A stretch of DNA of 48,655 bases from Patescibacteria group bacterium (GTDB taxonomy: Bacteria > Patescibacteriota > Minisyncoccia > UBA6257 > HR35), in contig PSMS01000001.1 in NCBI GenBank assembly GCA_040290225.1, positions 1 through 48,655 on the forward strand, in the 5' to 3' direction. A program made the translations under genes and the position numbers. This document shows positions 1 through 8,122 of this stretch, piece after piece. The notes under the pieces were generated by a model. It was not told where the DNA came from. It saw only the letters and a program-made list of their open reading frames with translations, and made no database searches. Position 1 is the first letter of the stretch. Every line of letters starts with the position of its first letter.

Positions 1-405
1 AGTTGTAGCATCTCCAGATGAAACAAAAAATCTTATAACATCCCCTAAATTTGAAGGATTGGGAGATACAGAAAGTTGAACTTCATTAGTATTACATTGT
101 GGCCTTGGATTAATAGTAAAACTTACGGTTTTTCTACATTCTTCAGAACAATTATCAAAATTTCCTTCACAATGTCTCCATATTCTTGTCCAAGTAAAAG
201 TTCCTGGTTTATTAGCTCTACATTGTGTTTCCCAACCAAATCTTGTTTCATTACAATTAATAACTGCATTAGGATCAGAAAATTCATTTCTCCACCAAGT
301 TGAAGCATCTCCAGATGAAACAAAAAATCTTATAACATCTCCTAAATTTGAATGATTGGGAGATATAGAAAGTTGAACTTCATTAGTATTACATTGTGGC
401 CTTGT
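1..405. repeat. Direct repeat of about 108 nt (1-108 and 298-405) with a 297-nt period; in-frame domain repeat of the minus-strand CDS
   Basis: The two copies differ at only about 4-5 positions. The period of 297 nt equals 99 codons. Confidence 0.85.
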
Positions 406-479
406 TCCTCCAAATCCAAAAACTTGACCTAAATTAAGAAAAAGATAAAAAAGAAAGAAAGATAAAAATAATTTTTTCA
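1..479 (-). CDS. Secreted Cys-rich tandem-repeat protein, N-terminal part only (gene runs off the left edge; missing from the ORF track because no stop lies in the window)
   Basis: ATG at 479-477, and the reverse-strand frame stays open to the window edge. My translation is MKKLFLSFFLFYLFLNLGQVFG (signal peptide), then RPQCNTNEVQLSISPNHSNLGDVIRFFVSSGDASTWW...CRANKPGTFTWTRIWRHCEGNFDNCSEECRKTVSFTINP. The unit then restarts as RPQCNTNEVQLSVSPNPSNLGDVIRFFVSSGDATT. Confidence 0.6.
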
Positions 480-535
480 TTTTTGGTTTTTAAAAATTTA
501 ATTATCGCTCAATTACAATTTTATTATAAATATTA

Positions 536-1363
536 TTATTTGTCAATACCTAAAATAAGTCTTATTTTTCGCTTAATTTCTTCTATTTCCTCTATTTTTA
601 AATTTGAAATCTTTCTCAAATAAGAATTTTCTTTTGATAAAAAATCTGAAATTAAAACAATATCGTATTTGAAAAGATCTTGGAGTACTTTATTAGAAAG
701 AAAATCAAAAATTGTTAAAGGGTAAGCTTTCTTTTCATCGATTAATTTTGCTAAACTTCTTTCTTCTGGAAAATTCCAAGACAAAAGCTCAATAAAATAA
801 CAATTAGAAAATTTAATAGCCTCTTGGGTAAATTTTGTATTAGTTATAACTAAACAAATTGAGTTTTCTTTAAATTTTTCCTTAATATCTAAATATCTTC
901 CATAAACATAGAGGATCGTTTTAACATCACTTTTCTTCCATGGTTGTTGATGAAATTTACATTCAGCAATATAAAAAAAATTATCTTTTTTTAATAATAA
1001 ATCAATTTCGTATTTTAGACATTTGCCGTCCAAAAATAAATTATGATGAGCCTCGAATCCATAAAGTTTGTAAAGATGAGCCATAAATTTTTCAAAAGGA
1101 TAACCCGATGGTCCTAATTTCAAAATTGCATTTTTTAAATTAAAACTATAAGCCTCTTTTCTTTCCTTAATTTTCAAATAATCAAAAATAAATTTAAAAA
1201 TATCCCTTGTTCTGACTTTTTCTTGGGGAAAATTTTTTTTAATTAATTCCAAAATTTCATTTATTTCCTCTTCATTTATTTTTAATCGAAGCAATGTATT
1301 TTTGATCTTACTTTCTTTATAGGGTTCTATTCTTTTATCACTTTTTATAACATAATTAGGCAT
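536..1363 (-). CDS. ATP-cone domain fused to a PD-(D/E)xK (Mrr/restriction-endonuclease-like) domain
   Basis: The N-terminus (YVIKSDKRIEPYKESKIKNTLLRL...) follows the ATP-cone pattern. The C-terminal half has GYPFEKFMAHLYKLYGF and EID-x12-ECK. TAATG overlap with the ppa stop at 1363. Confidence 0.65.
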   Translation of the reverse strand: MPNYVIKSDKRIEPYKESKIKNTLLRLKINEEEINEILELIKKNFPQEKVRTRDIFKFIFDYLKIKERKEAYSFNLKNAILKLGPSGYPFEKFMAHLYKLYGFEAHHNLFLDGKCLKYEIDLLLKKDNFFYIAECKFHQQPWKKSDVKTILYVYGRYLDIKEKFKENSICLVITNTKFTQEAIKFSNCYFIELLSWNFPEERSLAKLIDEKKAYPLTIFDFLSNKVLQDLFKYDIVLISDFLSKENSYLRKISNLKIEEIEEIKRKIRLILGIDK

Positions 1364-1887
1364 TAATCTTTGTAATTTTTGTAAGCTTTTTCTATTAACT
1401 CAATTGCTTTATTTTTTCCAAACCAATCCTTAACCCTAACCCATTTTCCTGGCTCCAGGCTTTTGTAATTTTCAAAAAAGTGTTTAATTTTATTTTTAAT
1501 AGCTTCGGGAAGTTGATCAATATCTTCATAAGATCCCTCAATTGGATCAATTTTTTTAACAGGAACAGCTATAATTTTTTCATCAAAGCCTCCTTCATCT
1601 TCCATCAGTAAAACTCCTATTGGTTTAGTTTTAATTACTGAACCTGGAAAAACAGAAAAATCACAAATAATTAAAACATCAACAGGATCTCCATCATCAG
1701 CTAATGTTCGTGGAATAAAACCATAATTGAAAGGATAAACCATAGCTGTGTGTAAAAATCTATCAACAAAAATTATTCCCAATTCTTTATCTAATTCATA
1801 TTTAACGCCTGTATCTTTAGGTATTTCGACAACTACATAAAATTCTTCAAAATTTTTTAAATCCTTATTAATTTCTGAATATTTCAT
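1363..1887 (-). CDS. ppa: Inorganic pyrophosphatase (family I)
   Basis: [33 protein letters not shown] and a 174-aa length are typical of family I PPases. Confidence 0.93.
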   Translation of the reverse strand: MKYSEINKDLKNFEEFYVVVEIPKDTGVKYELDKELGIIFVDRFLHTAMVYPFNYGFIPRTLADDGDPVDVLIICDFSVFPGSVIKTKPIGVLLMEDEGGFDEKIIAVPVKKIDPIEGSYEDIDQLPEAIKNKIKHFFENYKSLEPGKWVRVKDWFGKNKAIELIEKAYKNYKD

Positions 1888-1916
1888 TTTTTAAAAATTT
1901 TTTAATTAAGACCTTT

Positions 1917-3020
1917 TTATTGCTTAGTTTCTGGTTCAGCTGTTCCTCCTTCAATAAATTCTTCTGGCTTGTTTGCTAATCTTACTTCTATTTTCCAGCC
2001 AGTCAATTTAGCAGCTAATTTGATATTTTGTCCTTTTGTTCCAATAGCTAAAGGTAAATTAGCTTCGTCAACTAAAACAAGCATAGTCCTTTTAAGCATT
2101 TGTCTAACCTCAATTACTTTAGCTGGAAGTAAGGCATTAGCTACATATTTTGTTGGCTCTTCATCCCAAGGAATTATATCTATTTTTTCATTATTAAGCT
2201 CATTCATTATCGAAATAATTCTAGCACCCTTAGCTCCTATACAAACACCAACTGGATCAATATTTGGCGAATTCGAATAAACAGCCATTTTTGTTCTTAC
2301 ACCCGGTTCTCGAGCTACTCCTTTAATTTCAACAATTCCTTCAGCTATTTCAGGAACTTCAAAGGTAAAAATAGCTGGAATAAAAAAAGGATGAGCCCTT
2401 GAAAGAAAAATTTTTACTCCTTGAGGAGTATTTTCAACAGCATAAACATAAAATCTCATTTTTTGACCATTTCGATAGTTTTCACCAGGAATTGTTTCAT
2501 TCTTATACATAATTCCTAAAATTTTTCCTAAATTAACTAAAATATTTCCTTGAGGATCTTTTTTTTCAATTGTTCCTGAAACAATTTTTCCTTCTTTATT
2601 TTTAAATTCATCGTATAAAGTCATTTTTTCTGCTTCTCTTATTTTTTGAATGACAACTTGTTTAGCTACTTGGGCAGCTATTCGACTAAAAGATTCAATT
2701 GGAGGTAAATCAAAAAATATTTCTTCTCCACATTTAACATTTGGATTAATTTTTTGAGCTTCTTCAAGCATAATATGTTTTTGGGAATCAAATTTTACTT
2801 CTTGAAGTTCTTCTGGACAAACAACTGTTTTAACTAAATAAAACTTTATTTCACCTGTTGGTGTTTTCTTAGCTTTTACAACAGAATCTTTTAAATTATT
2901 ATCTCGTCGATAAGCACTGGCTAAAGCATTCAAAAAGACCTCTTCAACTGTTTCTAAGGAAAGATTATGAATTTCAGCTATTTGTTGAAGAAAGTTTTGA
3001 ACTTGTTTTATGTTAATCAT
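1917..3020 (-). CDS. nusA: Transcription termination/antitermination factor NusA
   Basis: N-terminal domain, S1 domain (GKIVSGTIEKKD...) and two KH domains (DPVGVCIGAKGARI, LAIGTKGQNIKLAAKLTGWKIEV). Confidence 0.93.
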   Translation of the reverse strand: MINIKQVQNFLQQIAEIHNLSLETVEEVFLNALASAYRRDNNLKDSVVKAKKTPTGEIKFYLVKTVVCPEELQEVKFDSQKHIMLEEAQKINPNVKCGEEIFFDLPPIESFSRIAAQVAKQVVIQKIREAEKMTLYDEFKNKEGKIVSGTIEKKDPQGNILVNLGKILGIMYKNETIPGENYRNGQKMRFYVYAVENTPQGVKIFLSRAHPFFIPAIFTFEVPEIAEGIVEIKGVAREPGVRTKMAVYSNSPNIDPVGVCIGAKGARIISIMNELNNEKIDIIPWDEEPTKYVANALLPAKVIEVRQMLKRTMLVLVDEANLPLAIGTKGQNIKLAAKLTGWKIEVRLANKPEEFIEGGTAEPETKQ

Positions 3021-3285
3021 TTTTGTAAAATTATATCATAAAATGTGGCTTATTAAAAACATAAAAGATTTTTTAAATTCTTTTTTATTGTTTTTACCAA
3101 AAATTTTAGGAAAGTTAATTATTATTTTGTTTATCTTATTTTCAATCTTTTTATACTCTCAATTAAAATATAAATATTTGCCAGTTGAAAAAAGAAATTA
3201 TCAAGAAATTAAAAATCCTCTTAATCCTTTTGATGTTTTCAAATTAAAAATCCCTAATCTAAAAAAGGATTACGAGATCCTCTAA
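3010..3285 (+). CDS. Possible small membrane protein (a start at the internal ATG at 3043 is more likely)
   Basis: One hydrophobic helix (FLLFLPKILGKLIIILFILFSIFLY) in the otherwise empty 233-nt gap between nusA and the M23 peptidase gene. No recognisable family. Confidence 0.25.
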   Translation: MLIIFVKLYHKMWLIKNIKDFLNSFLLFLPKILGKLIIILFILFSIFLYSQLKYKYLPVEKRNYQEIKNPLNPFDVFKLKIPNLKKDYEIL

Positions 3286-4021
3286 CCTCAAAATGTAAAT
3301 GGCAACCAGTTAAACCCTTAACATAACCAGTATTACCAACATAACCAATCAAATCTCCTTTTTCTACATATTCACCCTCCTCAACAGTTCTCAAACTTAA
3401 ATGAGCATAAACTGTATAAACATTATTTTCATGATAAATAATTATATAATTTCCGTAACCACTATTCCAACCATCTTGAGAAACAACTACATAACCATTT
3501 TGAGCAGAATAAACAGGTTCACCACAGGGAGCAGCAATATCAACAGCATTATTACCATGTTTTTCTCCCCAACTATAACCACTTACTGGAACAACAAAAC
3601 CCTTCATTGAAGCTAAAGCGGAAATATAACCCCTGAAACCGTAATTTTTTGTAGAAATACTTCTTTCAACAATTTTCGGTTTTAAACCAGGAATTTTAAT
3701 TTTCATTCCTATTTTCAAATCTTTCTCACTTGAAAGATTGTTAATTAATAAAAGATCTTCAATTTTTACTTTAAATTTTTTACTAAGAGACCAAAGGGTA
3801 TCTCCTTTTTTAACTTTATATTCCCAAGAAGGTGTATTTTTGATTTTTTCTTCAAGTCCAACAAAAAAATCATTATCAAGACTAACTTCAAAATTTGTTA
3901 AATTAGCTAAAGTAATTTCATAATAATTTGTTTCAAAATTATTTTTTCTAGAAAGATCAAAAGATCTCGGCGAAATAAATTCTTCTGAAGCTTCAACAAA
4001 ATTATTAAAAATAAAAAACAA
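3254..4021 (-). CDS. LysM-domain M23 family peptidoglycan metalloendopeptidase (start may be further upstream at 4063)
   Basis: LysM segment YKVKKGDTLWSLSKKFKVKIEDLLLINNL. M23 motifs HGNNAVDIAAPCGEPVYSA and GNTGYVKGLTGCHLHFEV. The track start at 4021 is TTG. Confidence 0.85.
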   Translation of the reverse strand: MFFIFNNFVEASEEFISPRSFDLSRKNNFETNYYEITLANLTNFEVSLDNDFFVGLEEKIKNTPSWEYKVKKGDTLWSLSKKFKVKIEDLLLINNLSSEKDLKIGMKIKIPGLKPKIVERSISTKNYGFRGYISALASMKGFVVPVSGYSWGEKHGNNAVDIAAPCGEPVYSAQNGYVVVSQDGWNSGYGNYIIIYHENNVYTVYAHLSLRTVEEGEYVEKGDLIGYVGNTGYVKGLTGCHLHFEVRGSRNPFLD

Positions 4022-4133
4022 GCTAATTAATAAAATTAATCTTAATAAAAAATTAGTACTAATTTTTTCTTAAAAATTTATTTTCGAACCTTAAAGTAAA
4101 ATAAATTATAACTCAAAAAAGAAAAATATCAAA

Positions 4134-4844
4134 ATGAAAAATTTGGGACAAAATTTCTTAAAAAATAAGCATTTTTTAAAGAAAATTGCTCAAGCTTTAG
4201 AAATTAATGAAAATGATACCATTGTAGAAATTGGAGGTGGTCATGGAGAGTTAAGTCAATTTTTAACCAAAGCAAAAAATTTAATAATTTTAGAATTAGA
4301 TCGGGATTTATTTTATCATTTAAAAGAAAAATTTAAAAATTTTAATAATATTAAAGTTATCAATGAAGACTTTTTGAAATTTGATTTAAGTGTTTTTAAA
4401 AATAATTACAAACTTGTTGGTAATATACCTTACTCGATTACTGGAAAAATTTTTAGAAAGGTTTTAAAAAGAGAAAATTTTCCAAAATTGTTAGTTTTTA
4501 CTCTTCAAAAAGAGGTTGGTTATAAATTTTTAGAGAAAGAAAAAAATAATTTTTGGAATACTTGGATAAAAATTTGGGGAGAAGTAAAAAATTTAGGAAT
4601 AATTAAAAAAAACAATTTTTATCCAGTTCCCAAGGTTGATTCAATTATTATAAAAATCAAATTTTTCGAAAAACCAAAAATTAAAGATGAAGAAAATTTT
4701 GCTAAGTTTTTAAAATTCATTTTTCGAGAACCTAATAAAAAATTAAAAAACAAAATAGATAAAGAATTAGGTGAATTAAAAGAAAAAAGAATTTTTGAGT
4801 TAAGTTTTGAAGAAATTATCAATTTATGGGGAAAATTAAAATAA
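4134..4844 (+). CDS. rsmA: 16S rRNA (adenine1518/1519-N6)-dimethyltransferase RsmA/KsgA
   Basis: LGQNFL, VEIGGGHGELSQ SAM motif and GNIPYSITG. Confidence 0.9.
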   Translation: MKNLGQNFLKNKHFLKKIAQALEINENDTIVEIGGGHGELSQFLTKAKNLIILELDRDLFYHLKEKFKNFNNIKVINEDFLKFDLSVFKNNYKLVGNIPYSITGKIFRKVLKRENFPKLLVFTLQKEVGYKFLEKEKNNFWNTWIKIWGEVKNLGIIKKNNFYPVPKVDSIIIKIKFFEKPKIKDEENFAKFLKFIFREPNKKLKNKIDKELGELKEKRIFELSFEEIINLWGKLK

Positions 4845-4855
4845 AATTAAAATAA

Positions 4856-7300
4856 ATGGAAATTTTAGAAAAAATCAAAAAATTATCAGAAAAAAACCTT
4901 GAAGAACTATTTAAAGAATTAAATTTTAGCTTTGATGGCTTAAGCGAAAAAGAAGTAGAAAAAAGATTAAAAATTTATGGAAAAAATATTATTGAAAGTT
5001 ATCAAATTCAGTTTTTAGAAATTTTTAAAAGAAATTTTTTTAATTTTTTCAATCTTCTTTTACTATTTTCAATTTTAATTTCTTTTATTTTAGAGAGAGG
5101 ATTAGAAACTTTTTTTATATTTTTATTTTTTATTTTCTCTTTAATTGTAGGCGTTTATCAAGATTATAAATCAAATGATCTTTTAAGAAAGCTTTTAAAA
5201 TTTTTTAAAAAGTATTCTTTGGTTAAAAGAAACGGAAATTGGGAAAAAATTGAAAGCGAATTTATTGTGCCTGGTGACTATATTAAAATAAAAAGCGGTG
5301 AACAGGTACCCGCTGATATAAGAATTATTAAAGCTGAAAATGTTTTAGTTGATGAATCAATTTTAACTGGAGAAAGTGAACCTATAACTAAAACCGAAAA
5401 AATTATTAAAGAATTTTCTAATATCCTTTTTTCTGGAACTTATTTATTAAAAGGAGAAGCTGAAGGAATTGTTATTTTAACAGGAAAAGAAAGTTATTTA
5501 GGAAATTTGGCTAAAGGAACAATTGAAATAAAAAAAGAAACCGCTTATGAAAAAATTTTAGATGATTTTGCTAAAAAAATTACTTATTTAGGATTCTTTT
5601 TAGGAATTTTGATTGTCTTTTTAAATTTTTTTAAGCCTCAACCAATTCCTTTAAAAGAAATTTTAATTTTTATAATTGTTTTAATCGTTGCTATTGTACC
5701 CGAGTTTTTACCAGCAATGACAGTTCTAACTTTAAGTCTTGCTGCTTTCAGGTTATCAAAAAAAGGAGGATTAATAAAAAGACTTTCAGCAATAGAAGAT
5801 TTGGGATCAGTTGAAATTTTATGTACTGATAAAACTGGAACGATTACTACCAATGAACTAAAATTAAATAAAATTATTTCTGAAAATGAAAAAGATTTTA
5901 TTAAATATTTCTTATTGGATTATTATTTTTTAAAAGATTTAACACCTTACGAAAAAGCAATTTTAGAAAAATATGGTTTACCTAATTATGATGAGTTTGA
6001 ATTAATAGAAAATTTGCCTTTTGATCCAATTTTAAGAATAGAAAAATTAATTGTTAAAGAAAAAAATATTAATCAAACTTTAGAAATAATAAAAGGAGCT
6101 CCTGAAGAAATAATAAAAATTTGTTTTCCAAACGGAAATAAAGAGAAATTAGAAGAATTTGAAAAAGAAGATAAAAGTGGTTTTAGAACCTTAGCCCTTG
6201 CTTTAAAAAAAGAAAATGATTTTATTTATTTAGGTTTAGCTTCTTTTGAAGATCCACTAAAAGAAAGTTCTTTTGAGGCCATAAATTTAGCTAAAAAATT
6301 AAATTTAGAAATAAAAATTTTAACAGGAGATAGTCCGTTTGTAGCTAAAAAAGTAGCTTTAGAACTTGGATTAATAAAAGAAAATGATGATGTAATTTTA
6401 GGAGAAAAATTAAGAAATTTGGAAAAAGAAAAATTAAAAGAGATCATAAAAAATAATAAAGTTTTTGCCAGGGTTTTGCCTGAAGATAAATTAAAAATAA
6501 TTGAAATCTTACAAGAAGAAAAATTTGTTGCTTTTTTAGGAGAAGGTATTAATGATGCTTTAGCTTTAAAAAAAGTTAATGTTGCTTTGGTTGTTGATTC
6601 AGCTTCAGATATTACTAAACAAGAGGCTGATATTGTTTTGCTGAAAAAAGATCTAAAAACAATTGTTGATACTATTTATGAAGGAAGAAAATCGATAGAA
6701 AATATAGGAAAATACATAAAACATACAATGAGTGATAATTTTGGTAATGTCTTTTCTGTTTCTCTTTTAACTCTTTATTTACCTTTTGTTCCTTTATTAC
6801 CTATCCAAATTCTTTTAACTAATTTTTTAACTGATATTCCTTTAATCTCTTTTGCTAATGATAATGTAGAAACAAAGGAAATTAAAAAACCTGTTAAATT
6901 TTCCAATAGAGAATTGATTATTCTTCTTTTAGGTTTAGGATTAGTTGCTGGTTTAAGTAATATTTTGGGCTATTTATTAGTAAAAAACGAATCTCCTGAA
7001 ATAATAAGAACAACAATTTTTACAATTACTACTTTTACAGGACTTTTAGTTTCTTATTCAATCAGAACAAAAAGTTTTTTCTTAAAATCGAAACCATCTA
7101 AAAGTTTTTTTATTTTTACTTTAATGGGTTTTGTTTTAGCTTTTTTATTTTTAAATTTATCTTATTTCCAAAAAATTTTTGGTTTTGTTAATTTACCACC
7201 AACTATTTTATTAAAAACTTCATTTATCTTAATTTTCTTTATTCTTTTTACAGAAGTTTTTAAAATTTATTTCTACAAAAAATATCCCCAATCAATTTAA
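4856..7300 (+). CDS. Cation-transporting P-type ATPase (P2/P3-like, Mg2+/Ca2+-type)
   Basis: LTGESEP actuator motif, CTDKTGTITTN phosphorylation site, PEFLPAMTV in M4, ILTGDS, GEGINDALAL hinge and multiple TM helices. Confidence 0.88.
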   Translation: MEILEKIKKLSEKNLEELFKELNFSFDGLSEKEVEKRLKIYGKNIIESYQIQFLEIFKRNFFNFFNLLLLFSILISFILERGLETFFIFLFFIFSLIVGVYQDYKSNDLLRKLLKFFKKYSLVKRNGNWEKIESEFIVPGDYIKIKSGEQVPADIRIIKAENVLVDESILTGESEPITKTEKIIKEFSNILFSGTYLLKGEAEGIVILTGKESYLGNLAKGTIEIKKETAYEKILDDFAKKITYLGFFLGILIVFLNFFKPQPIPLKEILIFIIVLIVAIVPEFLPAMTVLTLSLAAFRLSKKGGLIKRLSAIEDLGSVEILCTDKTGTITTNELKLNKIISENEKDFIKYFLLDYYFLKDLTPYEKAILEKYGLPNYDEFELIENLPFDPILRIEKLIVKEKNINQTLEIIKGAPEEIIKICFPNGNKEKLEEFEKEDKSGFRTLALALKKENDFIYLGLASFEDPLKESSFEAINLAKKLNLEIKILTGDSPFVAKKVALELGLIKENDDVILGEKLRNLEKEKLKEIIKNNKVFARVLPEDKLKIIEILQEEKFVAFLGEGINDALALKKVNVALVVDSASDITKQEADIVLLKKDLKTIVDTIYEGRKSIENIGKYIKHTMSDNFGNVFSVSLLTLYLPFVPLLPIQILLTNFLTDIPLISFANDNVETKEIKKPVKFSNRELIILLLGLGLVAGLSNILGYLLVKNESPEIIRTTIFTITTFTGLLVSYSIRTKSFFLKSKPSKSFFIFTLMGFVLAFLFLNLSYFQKIFGFVNLPPTILLKTSFILIFFILFTEVFKIYFYKKYPQSI

Positions 7301-8118
7301 ATTACTTTTTTAGATTCTAAAAGTTTAAAAAAGTTTTCAAATAATTTAGCTACTAAAATTGGACCGGTTCCACCAGGTGTTGGAGTAATTAAAGAAGCTT
7401 TGTTTTTTAGTTTTTCGAAATTAATATCCCCATAAATATTTTTTTCTTCAAAATAATAACCAAAGTCTATTAAAATAGCATTTTCTTTACAATCATTAAT
7501 CAAATTGGCTTTTCCGACTCCACTTACAATTATGTCAGCTTCTTTTAAAAATTCATTCAAATTTGTATGAGAATTAGCGATAATAATTGTTGATTTATTA
7601 TTGGCAAAATAATGAACAAGCGGTTTACCAATTAATCTTCCATAACCAACAATTAAAACTTTTTTTCCTTCAAAATTTAAAAAAAATCTTTTTTTCAAAA
7701 AATCAACAACCTCAACAGCTGGTGGTCTAATTACATAAGTATCAGTATAATATTTTCCTAAAAGCCCAGAAGATAAACAATCAATATCTTTTTTAGGAGG
7801 AATAGAATTAAGAAGATATTGAACAGGAAATTTTTCTGGTAAAGGAAGTTGAACAATTCCTCCTTGAATTGTTTTTGATTTAATTACCTGATGAATATAT
7901 TTTCTTATTTTCTTTTTTGTTAAATTTTCTGGAATTTTGTAAATTCTAAAATCTATATTCAATTTCTCAGCAAATTTTTGTTTAACCTTTAAAAAACTTT
8001 CTTTCTCTTTATCTTCACCAATTAAAAAAGCAGCTATTTTTAACTCTCCAAAATTTTTTCTTTTTTCTTTTAAATCTTCTAAAATTTCCTCAGCTAATTT
8101 ATTTCCTTCAACAATCAT
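7297..8118 (-). CDS. folD: Bifunctional methylenetetrahydrofolate dehydrogenase/methenyl-THF cyclohydrolase
   Basis: GGIVQLPLP, KDIDC, VGYGRLIGKPL and PTPGGTGPIL. Confidence 0.88.
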   Translation of the reverse strand: MIVEGNKLAEEILEDLKEKRKNFGELKIAAFLIGEDKEKESFLKVKQKFAEKLNIDFRIYKIPENLTKKKIRKYIHQVIKSKTIQGGIVQLPLPEKFPVQYLLNSIPPKKDIDCLSSGLLGKYYTDTYVIRPPAVEVVDFLKKRFFLNFEGKKVLIVGYGRLIGKPLVHYFANNKSTIIIANSHTNLNEFLKEADIIVSGVGKANLINDCKENAILIDFGYYFEEKNIYGDINFEKLKNKASLITPTPGGTGPILVAKLFENFFKLLESKKVI

Positions 8119-8122
8119 TAGT

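Noticed and set aside
76-323. Track ORFs 76..303 (+) and 123..323 (-)
   Set aside because: Both lie inside the longer edge-truncated minus-strand frame (1-479). That frame has a signal peptide and a coherent repeat structure. These two are alternative-frame shadows.
1-405. Possible diversity-generating retroelement template/variable repeat pair (two ~108-nt near-identical copies)
   Set aside because: The mismatches are not confined to adenine positions of one copy. The copies are in-frame tandem domain repeats of a single gene, and no reverse transcriptase or accessory gene is present in the window.
6539-6556. GEGIND instead of the canonical GDGxND hinge motif in the P-type ATPase
   Set aside because: This is a conservative Asp-to-Glu change, and all other catalytic motifs (TGES, DKTGT, TGD) are intact. 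It is not enough to argue for loss or change of function without an alignment.
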